64,000 nucleotides of DNA from an uncultured virus (IMG/VR IMGVR_UViG_3300037541_000797) (Duplodnaviria > Heunggongvirae > Uroviricota > Caudoviricetes). Under the pieces are notes generated by a model. It worked only from the letters and a program-made list of their open reading frames with translations, was not told the origin of the DNA and did not search any database. The DNA is taken from the IMG/VR virus record IMGVR_UViG_3300037541_000797, one strand, 5' to 3'. This document shows positions 40,371-48,150 of this stretch, piece by piece (position 1 is the first letter of the stretch; each line of letters opens with the position of its first letter). The translations under genes were made by a program, and so were the position numbers.

Positions 40371-41354
40371 TTAGTCAAGCTCCACGATGAGTGTGTTTCC
40401 TTCTTTTACAATACGACGGATGGTTTGCTCTGCGCCACGAGGTAGGATGGCCTCCTGCTCGTCTGGCATTACGGAAAGCATATTGATTGGCGTCAGACTC
40501 TTGCTGCGGGTTTTGAATAATATGCCAGCGGAGCGATTAAATAGGAATTCTTTCGCCTTGTTTTGATCTGCCGAATAGGAGCCATAGCCCATGTCTCTCA
40601 GTCTTTCCCCTGGCTTGGCTTTTGCTAGTTTTTCATACAGGGCCTGAGCGGCGCCTGGAGTTGTATCGCCAAATGCAGCCGCAACGCCTCTGTAATACTC
40701 AGCGCCGCCTTCATTCTTTGGCAGCTTTGCCAGCGCGGTGTCAAGCTCTTTCGTATACCGCTTCGTCTCACGAGGATTTAAACAGTTGCGCGGCTTTCTT
40801 AGGCAATCATTGGTTTCCTCGTAACCCCTCGCATCGTCGCGGACGGCATCGGTGTAATCAGCTATGGCTTTTTTATCCTTCGCCGTCAACCCCGCGCTTA
40901 ACTGTGCCTTATCACGAGCCTCTTTAGCATTTTGTTCGCTAAGTTTTTTAGGCGCAGCCTCCTTGGCTTTCTGACTGGTGGCTTTTGGTGGCGCCGTGTT
41001 CTTGGCTTTTTTCTGCTGAGCGATAGGCTCTTTGCCACCACTGCCCTTGGCCATGGCAGCCGCGCTGCTTTGGCCAGCGGCCGGCAACATCAGTAGCTCT
41101 TTGAGTCGGGCGGCCTTCTGCGGGTTGCCCTTGGCGCGGCAGGTTCTCCCTTTGGCGATGCAGGTGTTGCCGCAGGCCAGCCCCCGCACACATTTTTTGG
41201 GCGCATCAAAGCGCACCAGGTCTTGCTCTGCAGCCAGGAAGCCATCCAACCGGGCACCGCTCCAGCCGTAGAACGCTCGCAGGTAGCTGCGCGATGCCGC
41301 TAGGTGCTGCCGGTCAACGGCGGCATCGGGATCAAGGCGGGAGGTGGTGGTCAC
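40371..41354 (-). CDS. ADP-ribosyltransferase (R-S-E) with RxD/Cys leader
   Basis: YYRG, GYGSYS, EQE; paralogue of 35538..36470 (LPKN, KPGE, ILPRG, VELD shared). Confidence 0.85.
   Translation of the reverse strand: MTTTSRLDPDAAVDRQHLAASRSYLRAFYGWSGARLDGFLAAEQDLVRFDAPKKCVRGLACGNTCIAKGRTCRAKGNPQKAARLKELLMLPAAGQSSAAAMAKGSGGKEPIAQQKKAKNTAPPKATSQKAKEAAPKKLSEQNAKEARDKAQLSAGLTAKDKKAIADYTDAVRDDARGYEETNDCLRKPRNCLNPRETKRYTKELDTALAKLPKNEGGAEYYRGVAAAFGDTTPGAAQALYEKLAKAKPGERLRDMGYGSYSADQNKAKEFLFNRSAGILFKTRSKSLTPINMLSVMPDEQEAILPRGAEQTIRRIVKEGNTLIVELD
40974..41354 (-). repeat. Leader-coding direct repeat, copy 2
   Basis: 121/127 aa identical to copy 1. Confidence 0.9.
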
Positions 41355-41376
41355 TGTTCAGGAGAAGGCGGGGAGT

Positions 41377-42183
41377 TCAGCGAAACGCCAACAGCGAATC
41401 ACGCATTTTGATCAATCGCTCGAAAACTTTGCGGTCACCGCCCACGTCTGGATGGTGAGTTTTGGCTAGCTGATTAAAAGCTTGCTTGATGTCTCGCGGC
41501 GTAGCCTTTTTGGGGTCTAGGTTGAAAGTGTGCCAGGGCCGGAAGTTCTTCATTACATCAACGCCCCGAATAACACTGCCGCCATCTTTCAGGTTGCGCT
41601 CAGAGGCTGGCACCCCAGCAAATTCCCGGTGCAGCTTGGCCCATGTCTCCCGTTTTTTAAAGTCAATTTTTATGCCTTTGCCGGTCGCCTGCCGGGAGTC
41701 AGCGTCGCCAATCGCCATCAGGAAATCTTTGTTTGTCTTTAGCTCTTCAACGGTTTTTACTTTGAAATAGTCAAGAACGGGCTTTTGTAATTGGGCGATG
41801 GTTTCGCGTTTGGCAGGCTTGCCGGCAGGCTTGGCCGGTGTGCTTGCCTCTTTGCCACCACTGCCCTTGGCCATGGCCGCCGAGCTGCTGCCACCAGCAG
41901 CCGGCAAGGCCAGCAGTTGCTTGAGTCGGGCGGCCTTCTGCGGGTTGCCCTTGGCCCTGCAGGTGCGCCCCTTGGCGATGCATGTATTACCGCAGGCCAG
42001 GCCCTTCACGCACTGCTTGGGCGCATCAACGCGCACCAGGTCTTGCTCTGCAGCCAGGAAGCCATCCAACCGGGCACCGCTCCAGCCGTAGAAGGCCGTC
42101 AGGTAGCTGCGTGATGCCGCCAGGTGTTGGCGGTCGAAGGCGGCATCGGGATCGAGGCGGGAAGTGCTGTAGGAGAAGGGCAT
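41377..42183 (-). CDS. RxD/Cys leader protein with C-terminal DnaJ J-domain
   Basis: PWHTFNL...ATPRDIKQAFNQLAKTHHPDVGGDRKVFERL (HPD motif). Confidence 0.85.
   Translation of the reverse strand: MPFSYSTSRLDPDAAFDRQHLAASRSYLTAFYGWSGARLDGFLAAEQDLVRVDAPKQCVKGLACGNTCIAKGRTCRAKGNPQKAARLKQLLALPAAGGSSSAAMAKGSGGKEASTPAKPAGKPAKRETIAQLQKPVLDYFKVKTVEELKTNKDFLMAIGDADSRQATGKGIKIDFKKRETWAKLHREFAGVPASERNLKDGGSVIRGVDVMKNFRPWHTFNLDPKKATPRDIKQAFNQLAKTHHPDVGGDRKVFERLIKMRDSLLAFR
41848..42162 (-). repeat. Leader-coding direct repeat, copy 3 (~315 bp)
   Basis: SRLDPDAA...MAKGSGGKE shared with copies 1 and 2. Confidence 0.85.
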
Positions 42184-42186
42184 GGC

Positions 42187-42384
42187 CTAGCGGTTGGTGA
42201 TCGGTTTGTAGCTCACGTCGTCACCCTTGATTTTGTAGTCGTAGACCAGTGCGCCTGAGCGGAAACGACCACCAACAGCACCTGTTGCTCGATTGCTATT
42301 GAGAGTTGTGATCGTGATGGGCGCACTTAGCAGGTTTTCAATCAGATCTTTAACGATCAACGCCATTTCTTGCTTGGCATCCAT
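42187..42384 (-). CDS. Small protein similar to the N-terminal domain of 36461..39007
   Basis: GAVGGRFRSGALVYDYKIKGDDVSYKP vs GLVAGQMAADGLVFKFRCDATQIAYRP. Confidence 0.65.
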   Translation of the reverse strand: MDAKQEMALIVKDLIENLLSAPITITTLNSNRATGAVGGRFRSGALVYDYKIKGDDVSYKPITNR

Positions 42385-42419
42385 GGGCTGAGCCGCCGCA
42401 ACTGCACCATTCTGACCGG

Positions 42420-42725
42420 TTAAGCCGCTGCGGATTTTGTGCGGTCTGGGAGCTGGCTTTTTGGTGAATCTGGGGCTGGCTCGCGGCTAGCCCCGACATT
42501 GGGTTCAGGGCTGGGCTCGGGGGCAAGCGATCTTGCGCCGCTGGCGATGGCCGACAACTGATCGCCCAGGTCCTCAGAGCTGTGCGAGGCAGGCGCCAAT
42601 TCGACGGCCAGGGCCAGGGCCTGACGCGCCTCCACCAGGCCATGGAAGGGGAGCCAGCGATCGGCCAGACGCTGAAGTGCATAGGCCAGATCGGGGCCAA
42701 TGCTGTCGGGGAGCTGATCGGCCAT
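42420..42725 (-). CDS. Hypothetical protein
   Basis: ATG 42725 preceded by TAGCCTGG motif. Confidence 0.5.
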   Translation of the reverse strand: MADQLPDSIGPDLAYALQRLADRWLPFHGLVEARQALALAVELAPASHSSEDLGDQLSAIASGARSLAPEPSPEPNVGASREPAPDSPKSQLPDRTKSAAA

Positions 42726-43020
42726 GGGCGGTGCGGAGCGGTTGCGCCAGGCTAGGGCTGGCAACGACGCAGAACGGGCCGAATTTGCATTCTGATTGCG
42801 GTATGGTTGGCCGGTCTGTTCATCACGCCATGCGTCGATCCCGTTTGCCGCGCCCCAGGCAGCGCCACCGCCAGCCCGATCCCCTGCGAGAAGCCCTGCT
42901 GATCACCCTGCCTGTTTTTGTGGTGGTGATCGCCCTGATGGGATTTTCCATCCATCGCGACTACCACGCCCTGCGCCAGAGCCAGGCGTTCAGGTCGGCC
43001 GCCACAGCAGGGGGCTGGTG

Positions 43021-43281
43021 ATGAAAGCTGCGATTGGCCCCTCCCTGGTCACCACCCCACCGGAGCAGCTGTGGTGGGTGCGCTGGCCGGCCCCAGGCGA
43101 CGCCTGGTATTTCGTGCGTGATCGCCACGATTCCGGCATTTGGTTGATCACCAAAGTTCAGCCTGCTCCCGTGTCGCGGCTGGAGGCGTCCGAGGTGCAA
43201 TCGATGGTGGCCAGGCATATCAGCCCAGCACCGGTGCTTGTGCCGGCGCCATCTGGCTGCGTCCTGAATCCAGTACAATAG
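43021..43281 (+). CDS. Hypothetical protein
   Basis: ATG 43021 (MKAAIG) coupled to an upstream small membrane ORF ending at 43021. Confidence 0.45.
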   Translation: MKAAIGPSLVTTPPEQLWWVRWPAPGDAWYFVRDRHDSGIWLITKVQPAPVSRLEASEVQSMVARHISPAPVLVPAPSGCVLNPVQ

Positions 43282-43356
43282 ATAAAGCCAGTTGCTGGCT
43301 CGTTTGCCCCGGTGGCGGCTGGAGAGGTCCGGCCCCATCTACCACCCAACACCACC

Positions 43357-43920
43357 ATGTCGCTCATTCAATTGAAAAAGCGCTCCGGCGTGACGATTCG
43401 GTTCAACTGCGATCTCACCGATGCAGACGCCCGGCAGATCGTGCTCCAGGCCCATGCCGCCCACCAGCAGGTGGGAGATTTTGCAATCAAACTGGCTACC
43501 CAGCGTGCCGGACTTTCGCCGGCTCAATCCGGCTGGCTGAAATATCTGGCCATGGAAATCAGCGGCCAGCTGCGCACCTCCACATCCGGCCCCTGGGCCT
43601 GGTTGCTGGATAGCGGTTTTGCCAACGATCAAATCCGTATTCTGCGGCGCAGCTCCAGCCAGGACCGCTGCGCCTGGGTGGAGCTGCGCCGCGATACCAG
43701 GTTTATGCCACTCAATACAGCCCAACACTTTTGGAAGTTTGTGGGCCGCATCACCCCTGACGGGGGGTTTGAGCTCTGCTCCAATCTGCGCCAGTTGATC
43801 TCGGGAGAGGGCCGCAGTGCCATGGCCGCCATGTTCCCAGCCGAAGAAGATGCTCTGCGCGATGAGGCCAAATGGCTGCAGGTTCAATCCAATCTCCTAA
43901 TGGAGGCCCTGAAGCGATGA
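43357..43920 (+). CDS. Hypothetical protein
   Basis: ATG 43357 (MSLIQLKK) within ORF 43312..43920. Confidence 0.6.
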   Translation: MSLIQLKKRSGVTIRFNCDLTDADARQIVLQAHAAHQQVGDFAIKLATQRAGLSPAQSGWLKYLAMEISGQLRTSTSGPWAWLLDSGFANDQIRILRRSSSQDRCAWVELRRDTRFMPLNTAQHFWKFVGRITPDGGFELCSNLRQLISGEGRSAMAAMFPAEEDALRDEAKWLQVQSNLLMEALKR

Positions 43921-44181
43921 AAAAGGCTGCCACGCTCATCCCAGTGGGTCAGCAGGTATTGGCGGCCCTGCGGACCCATGATTCGCTATCTCCCTCGGTA
44001 ACCCCATGAAAACCCACAGGGCTTTGGCCCTTTGCATCAGCTCCACCATGGCCATGACCGCCTGCTCAGCCCCGCCGCCATGCTCCGCAATGACAACTGA
44101 CCCACAAGCACAAGGCGCAGTTATCAGGGTGCTAGTTGCCCTGGGGATCTGCGGCGCAATATTAATCTTGTGGCACTAATC

Positions 44182-44910
44182 ATGGACTCACGTTTTCGCG
44201 TTGACTTAATCGCCGCCACCCCCCAACCCCAGCAGGTCTGTTGGGCGGCGATGCACCAAGACTACAGCGAGGGCTACGTTTTTGACGACCGCGCCAACTG
44301 GCCTGAGGAAAGCCGCGCTGGCGAGATCTGCGTCAAGCGCCTATTGGCCGGCGAGAGGGGCCACTACGGCCCCCTGGAACACGGCCAGATCGTACTCAAC
44401 GTGGGATGGTTTCCCCATTCCGCGATGCAGCAGGCCCGTACCCACCGGGTAGGAGTTAGCTTCGATTGTCAAAGTCTACGTTATACGGGGGAGCGTATCT
44501 GCAAAGCCGCCACAGGCGAGGTGGACCTTGAAGATGTGTTTTACATTAGGCCGTCGGGGACTTACAGAGACCCAAACTCCGGCAAGGCTTATGAATACAC
44601 AGCCCAAAAGCGCAACCTTGATGTTAAGCGCTGCCACGAAGCCGCCATTCACTACCGCTACAGTGTCGGACTTGGCGAACCGCTTGAGCAGGCCAGGGGG
44701 TTGATTCCATTCGACGTGCGCCAACACTTCGTGGTGAGCTTCAGCCTGCGGGCCTTCCTGCACTTCCTCGACCTGCGGGCGAAGCTCGACGCCCAGGACG
44801 AAATTCGCCAGCTTTGCGATTTGATGTGGCCCCACCTGCAGAGCTGGGCACCGGAGATCGCCGCCTGGTATGAGGCGATCAGGCTGCGCAAAGCGAGGCT
44901 GGCGCCGTGA
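44182..44910 (+). CDS. thyX: FAD-dependent thymidylate synthase
   Basis: GHYGPLEH, QARTHRVGVSFDCQSLRY, LHFLDLRAKLDAQDEIR; cyanobacterial type. Confidence 0.95.
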   Translation: MDSRFRVDLIAATPQPQQVCWAAMHQDYSEGYVFDDRANWPEESRAGEICVKRLLAGERGHYGPLEHGQIVLNVGWFPHSAMQQARTHRVGVSFDCQSLRYTGERICKAATGEVDLEDVFYIRPSGTYRDPNSGKAYEYTAQKRNLDVKRCHEAAIHYRYSVGLGEPLEQARGLIPFDVRQHFVVSFSLRAFLHFLDLRAKLDAQDEIRQLCDLMWPHLQSWAPEIAAWYEAIRLRKARLAP

Positions 44911-45491
44911 AAGAGCGGCCAATTCTCTATTCGGCGCCAATGGTCCGCGCTATTTTAAACAACAGCAAGACACAAACGCGGCGCGTTGTTAAATTTCGGC
45001 ACGACGACGGCTTCCCCGCCAACCCTTACGGCATACCTGGCGACCGTTTATGGGTGCGGGAAACTTGGCGTGTCAGCAGCGCACACAACGATTTGCGACC
45101 ATCTCGAATTCCCAGGGGCACGACTGTTGAATATTTGGCCGACGGGCCAGGGATGCTTGAGGGCAAAACTCGCCCTTCCATCTTCATGCCCCGATGGGCT
45201 TCTCGAATCACGCTGCAGATCACTGACGTGAGGGTGATGCGGCTGCAGGAAATCAGCTCTGCCGACGCCAGGGCAGAAGGGATCGCCGAGCTGCTGCTGC
45301 AGGCTGGCCAGGCTGGCGCCTGGTGGTCCGCTGGTCCCACGCCGGCGCTGCACGGCCGCAGCCCTATTGCCGCATTCCAGCGGCTGTGGGAATCCATTCA
45401 TGGTGATGGTTCCTGGCTCGACAACCCCACGGTTAGGGCCATTTCATTTCAGTTAATCCACTCAGTTAATCCACTCGCAATCTTAACATGA
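44907..45491 (+). CDS. Conserved phage protein (ASCH/PUA-like)
   Basis: KERPILYSAPMVRAIL..KTQTRR...PYG.PGDRLWVRETW...PSIFMPRWASRITL.ITDVR. Confidence 0.75.
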   Translation: MKERPILYSAPMVRAILNNSKTQTRRVVKFRHDDGFPANPYGIPGDRLWVRETWRVSSAHNDLRPSRIPRGTTVEYLADGPGMLEGKTRPSIFMPRWASRITLQITDVRVMRLQEISSADARAEGIAELLLQAGQAGAWWSAGPTPALHGRSPIAAFQRLWESIHGDGSWLDNPTVRAISFQLIHSVNPLAILT

Positions 45492-45578
45492 CTAAACAAG
45501 ACGAGGGGCATCGATGATGATTACTACACCCACCTGGACACTTCTGCCGCATCTTAACCTTCCCGCCACGGAGCAGCC

Positions 45579-46064
45579 ATGATCAGCCGCATCACGCAGG
45601 CCATCGCCCGCCTCTTGACTCCGTGGCGCACCATCCGCCAGCTCGAAAGCGAGGTGGCGCGGCTAGAGGAAATCATTGCCAATCCCTACCTGGCCGGGAT
45701 GGAAATAGGCCGGGAAACAGGCATTGAAGTCGGATGCCGAGGGAGCGGCCCACAGCTGCTGGCCGGAATGTTTGCCGGATTGCTGGAGAAGGACGGGGCC
45801 AACGTTCCCAACTACCTGGAGCTGGAGTTTTTCACTCAGCACCAGGGCCGAATCCTGGTGCGTGTTCAGCGGCTTTACGGCGAAACACCGCATGCGCTGC
45901 GGGTGAAGGCTGAGAAAAGGGTAGCCGCGTGGAAGGCTAATGCCCAGGCATTATTTGATGCTATTAACGATCGGAACCCCTATCCGCTCTTTTGGCCCGA
46001 AGCGGCAGCCGCAATGCGGGCCTACCGAGTTTTGCAAACGTTGGATGCAGATGCGCAGCTATGA
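45579..46064 (+). CDS. Hypothetical protein
   Basis: 161-aa ORF with GGAG RBS. Confidence 0.6.
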   Translation: MISRITQAIARLLTPWRTIRQLESEVARLEEIIANPYLAGMEIGRETGIEVGCRGSGPQLLAGMFAGLLEKDGANVPNYLELEFFTQHQGRILVRVQRLYGETPHALRVKAEKRVAAWKANAQALFDAINDRNPYPLFWPEAAAAMRAYRVLQTLDADAQL

Positions 46065-46239
46065 GCGCCGCTCACGTCATCCAGCCGGTGCCGGTGATCG
46101 AGCGGCTGCCGGGGCCGGAGGATTGCGATATTGCCAAGGGGCAAACGTTCTGCGGATTCTGCCCCGCGCATCATGCCTAACGATGCGCTACACGGGGAAT
46201 GGTGACGGATTGTTAACTGTCCTGGTAATGGGGCGGCAG

Positions 46240-46295
46240 GCCTAACGCTACGCGCTACTATTGGTTCATCGGAGGGGAGGCCCTCCACCACCAAC
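46240..46295 (+). promoter_or_regulatory. Promoter cassette (family B), copy 1
   Basis: GCCTAACGCTACGCGC-TACTAT-TGGTTCATC then GGAGGG-GAGG-CCCTCC-ACCACCAAC; 33-bp core repeated at 46936. Confidence 0.7.
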
Positions 46296-46304
46296 GAGCC
46301 AGCA

Positions 46305-46448
46305 ATGACCACTATTCAACAGCTTGCCGCCGACCTCTTCGCTCAAGGCATGGGCCGCGACGAAATGATCTGCTTCATCTACGGCTGCAGCACCTACGCC
46401 ACCCTGGCCGACATCTACGAAGCGGTTGACGTTGCCATTGCCGCCTGA
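46305..46448 (+). CDS. Small accessory protein (47 aa)
   Basis: Manual: MTTIQQLAADLFAQGMGRDEMICF...; directly after the promoter. Confidence 0.55.
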   Translation: MTTIQQLAADLFAQGMGRDEMICFIYGCSTYATLADIYEAVDVAIAA

Positions 46449-46503
46449 CCTCCACAGCCTGCCGGGGGCTTATCCCGGCGAGTAATCCATTGCACTGAAA
46501 GCC

Positions 46504-46683
46504 ATGCAAACTTTCAAGATTGAAACACTTACCGCCGACGGATGGAGCGACGATGCCAGCCTGCTGGGATTCAGTGCCAGCCAAGACGACAACCGCTGGC
46601 CATCGCAAGCCGCAGCGCTAGCCGCCTGCGTTGAATTATGCGCGGTACTGGACCCAACCCGCTTGCGCGTGGTGCAGCTCTAA
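46504..46683 (+). CDS. Small accessory protein (59 aa)
   Basis: Manual: MQTFKIETLTADGWSDD...; TAATG-coupled to the next gene. Confidence 0.55.
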   Translation: MQTFKIETLTADGWSDDASLLGFSASQDDNRWPSQAAALAACVELCAVLDPTRLRVVQL

Positions 46684-46901
46684 TGCCTGATCCCACCAAC
46701 GCCGACCGCCAGCGCCGCTGGTACGCCCGCCAGAAAGCCGGTACCACCTGGCAGCCGCTTACCTGCCAGGCGTGCGGCGCCAACAGCAAAGGCGTCCATG
46801 GCGCGTTGTGTTCCCGCTGCTGGGAGAGGCTGACCACAGAGGGCAAAGCGGCTAGGGCGTTGCGTGTCAGGTTGAGCAGGGCCAGGCGGCGTAGCGTGTG
46901 A
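46683..46901 (+). CDS. Basic-helix + Zn-finger protein (Aca-like regulator candidate)
   Basis: PTNADRQRRWYARQK...CQACG...LCSRCW..TTEG; paralogue at 58150..58407. Confidence 0.65.
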   Translation: MPDPTNADRQRRWYARQKAGTTWQPLTCQACGANSKGVHGALCSRCWERLTTEGKAARALRVRLSRARRRSV

Positions 46902-46928
46902 CGATATGTGAACTGGCCGCCCTGCCCC

Positions 46929-46978
46929 CTGCCATGCCTAACGCTACGCGCTACTATTGGTTCATCGGGGGAAACCCC
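46929..46978 (+). promoter_or_regulatory. Promoter cassette (family B), copy 2
   Basis: CTGCCA-17bp-TACTAT then GGGG-GAAA-CCCC. Confidence 0.7.
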
Positions 46979-47006
46979 ACACGGCGGCCCAGAGGCTGCA
47001 CTGAAC

Positions 47007-47312
47007 ATGGGGGCCACCACTAAGCTGGTGTTTGCTGATGAAGTCGGAAGCCGGGTCGCTGGTTTCACCGTTCGCAGCGCTGGCACGGTCGAACTGTGCA
47101 GCACTGTTGAGCAGCTGCAGGAAATCGGCGCCACAGCATGGGCCACCAGCGTGGAACTGCTGATCTGGCTGAGCCGGGCCCCTGAGTTCTGGGCAGATCA
47201 CGCCACCAGCGCCACCTTCAACGTATGGGATTGGCAGGCCGATCAGGCGCGAGAGGTGACGGTCCCTCGCAAGGGATGCGAAACACCGTTTGACCGCTGG
47301 CAGCTGGTCTGA
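47007..47312 (+). CDS. Hypothetical accessory protein
   Basis: ATG 47007 after the promoter. Confidence 0.55.
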   Translation: MGATTKLVFADEVGSRVAGFTVRSAGTVELCSTVEQLQEIGATAWATSVELLIWLSRAPEFWADHATSATFNVWDWQADQAREVTVPRKGCETPFDRWQLV

Positions 47313-47320
47313 ACCCTACC

Positions 47321-47344
47321 GCCCCGGCTACCACCGGGGCTTTT
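47321..47344 (+). terminator. Intrinsic terminator
   Basis: GCCCCGG-CTACCA-CCGGGGC-TTTT. Confidence 0.75.
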
Positions 47345-47727
47345 CATGGCCTGACCAGATTGCGACGATATGTGAACTGGCCGCCCTCCAGCGCCAGGGT
47401 TCTTTCTGGATCCTGGACGACATGGAGACCGCCACTGTTATTGCCCGCCACCCACTCCAGCAACCGCTGCTCCCTGAAGGCTGTCCAGCCAATCCGTGGC
47501 CGCCACCATTGCAAAACCTCCTGGCTCCCCTTGCTTCCGTTGCAGGCCAGGCAGGCCGGTACGCAGTTTTCACGAACTGTGGGGCCGCCCTGGCTGCGGG
47601 GGATCACGTGATCGAGTGATTGAGCGGTGGCGCCGCAGTAGGCGCATTGCCCGCCCCAAGCTTCGCGAATGCTGCCATGCCAGCGGCGCCTTGTGACCAG
47701 CTCCGTCTCAACGATCTGGGCCTGCAT
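47344..47727 (-). CDS. HNH endonuclease
   Basis: CAYCG...[11 protein letters not shown]...[14 protein letters not shown]. Confidence 0.9.
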   Translation of the reverse strand: MQAQIVETELVTRRRWHGSIREAWGGQCAYCGATAQSLDHVIPRSQGGPTVRENCVPACLACNGSKGSQEVLQWWRPRIGWTAFREQRLLEWVAGNNSGGLHVVQDPERTLALEGGQFTYRRNLVRP

Positions 47728-48080
47728 GCGCTGCAATCGTCTGCGCCAGGCTAAACCGGCTGGGCAGCCTTGGCCAGACTGGCGCAGCCGATTGCAGCGG
47801 CATGGGAGAACAGATCAGGGCCATCGCCGACGAAGCGGCCGGCGCCAGCCCCCCGCCACCCTGCTGGTGGGGCGGGGTATGTGATTGGCATGTATCCCAC
47901 GAAGGTAGTTCTCATTGGCGGTGCCCTCGCCGCTGGCGTTGCATGCAGAACCGCAGCAGACAGCAGCTAAACAGGCGCTTGGCAGCGCTGCAAAGCCTGC
48001 AAACCTCGGAGATGCGCTTGGCAGCGCTGCAGAGCATGCAAGGGCCACTACCAAACCAAGGAGCGGAACAACCAACCTCT

Positions 48081-48106
48081 TGAGTGTCCCAAGTGCGGGA
48101 CACTCA
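48081..48106. repeat. Second, inverted copy of the GAGTGTCCC-N6-GGGACACTC palindrome
   Basis: 48082-48105 is the exact reverse complement of 5115-5138. Confidence 0.85.
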
Positions 48107-48150
48107 GCAGATCCATTTAGGATTTAGCATGGTGCTAGCAGGCCTGGGCA

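Noticed and set aside
39857..42162. Diversity-generating retroelement TR/VR pairs
   Set aside because: No reverse transcriptase; repeats are N-terminal and differences are not adenine-specific
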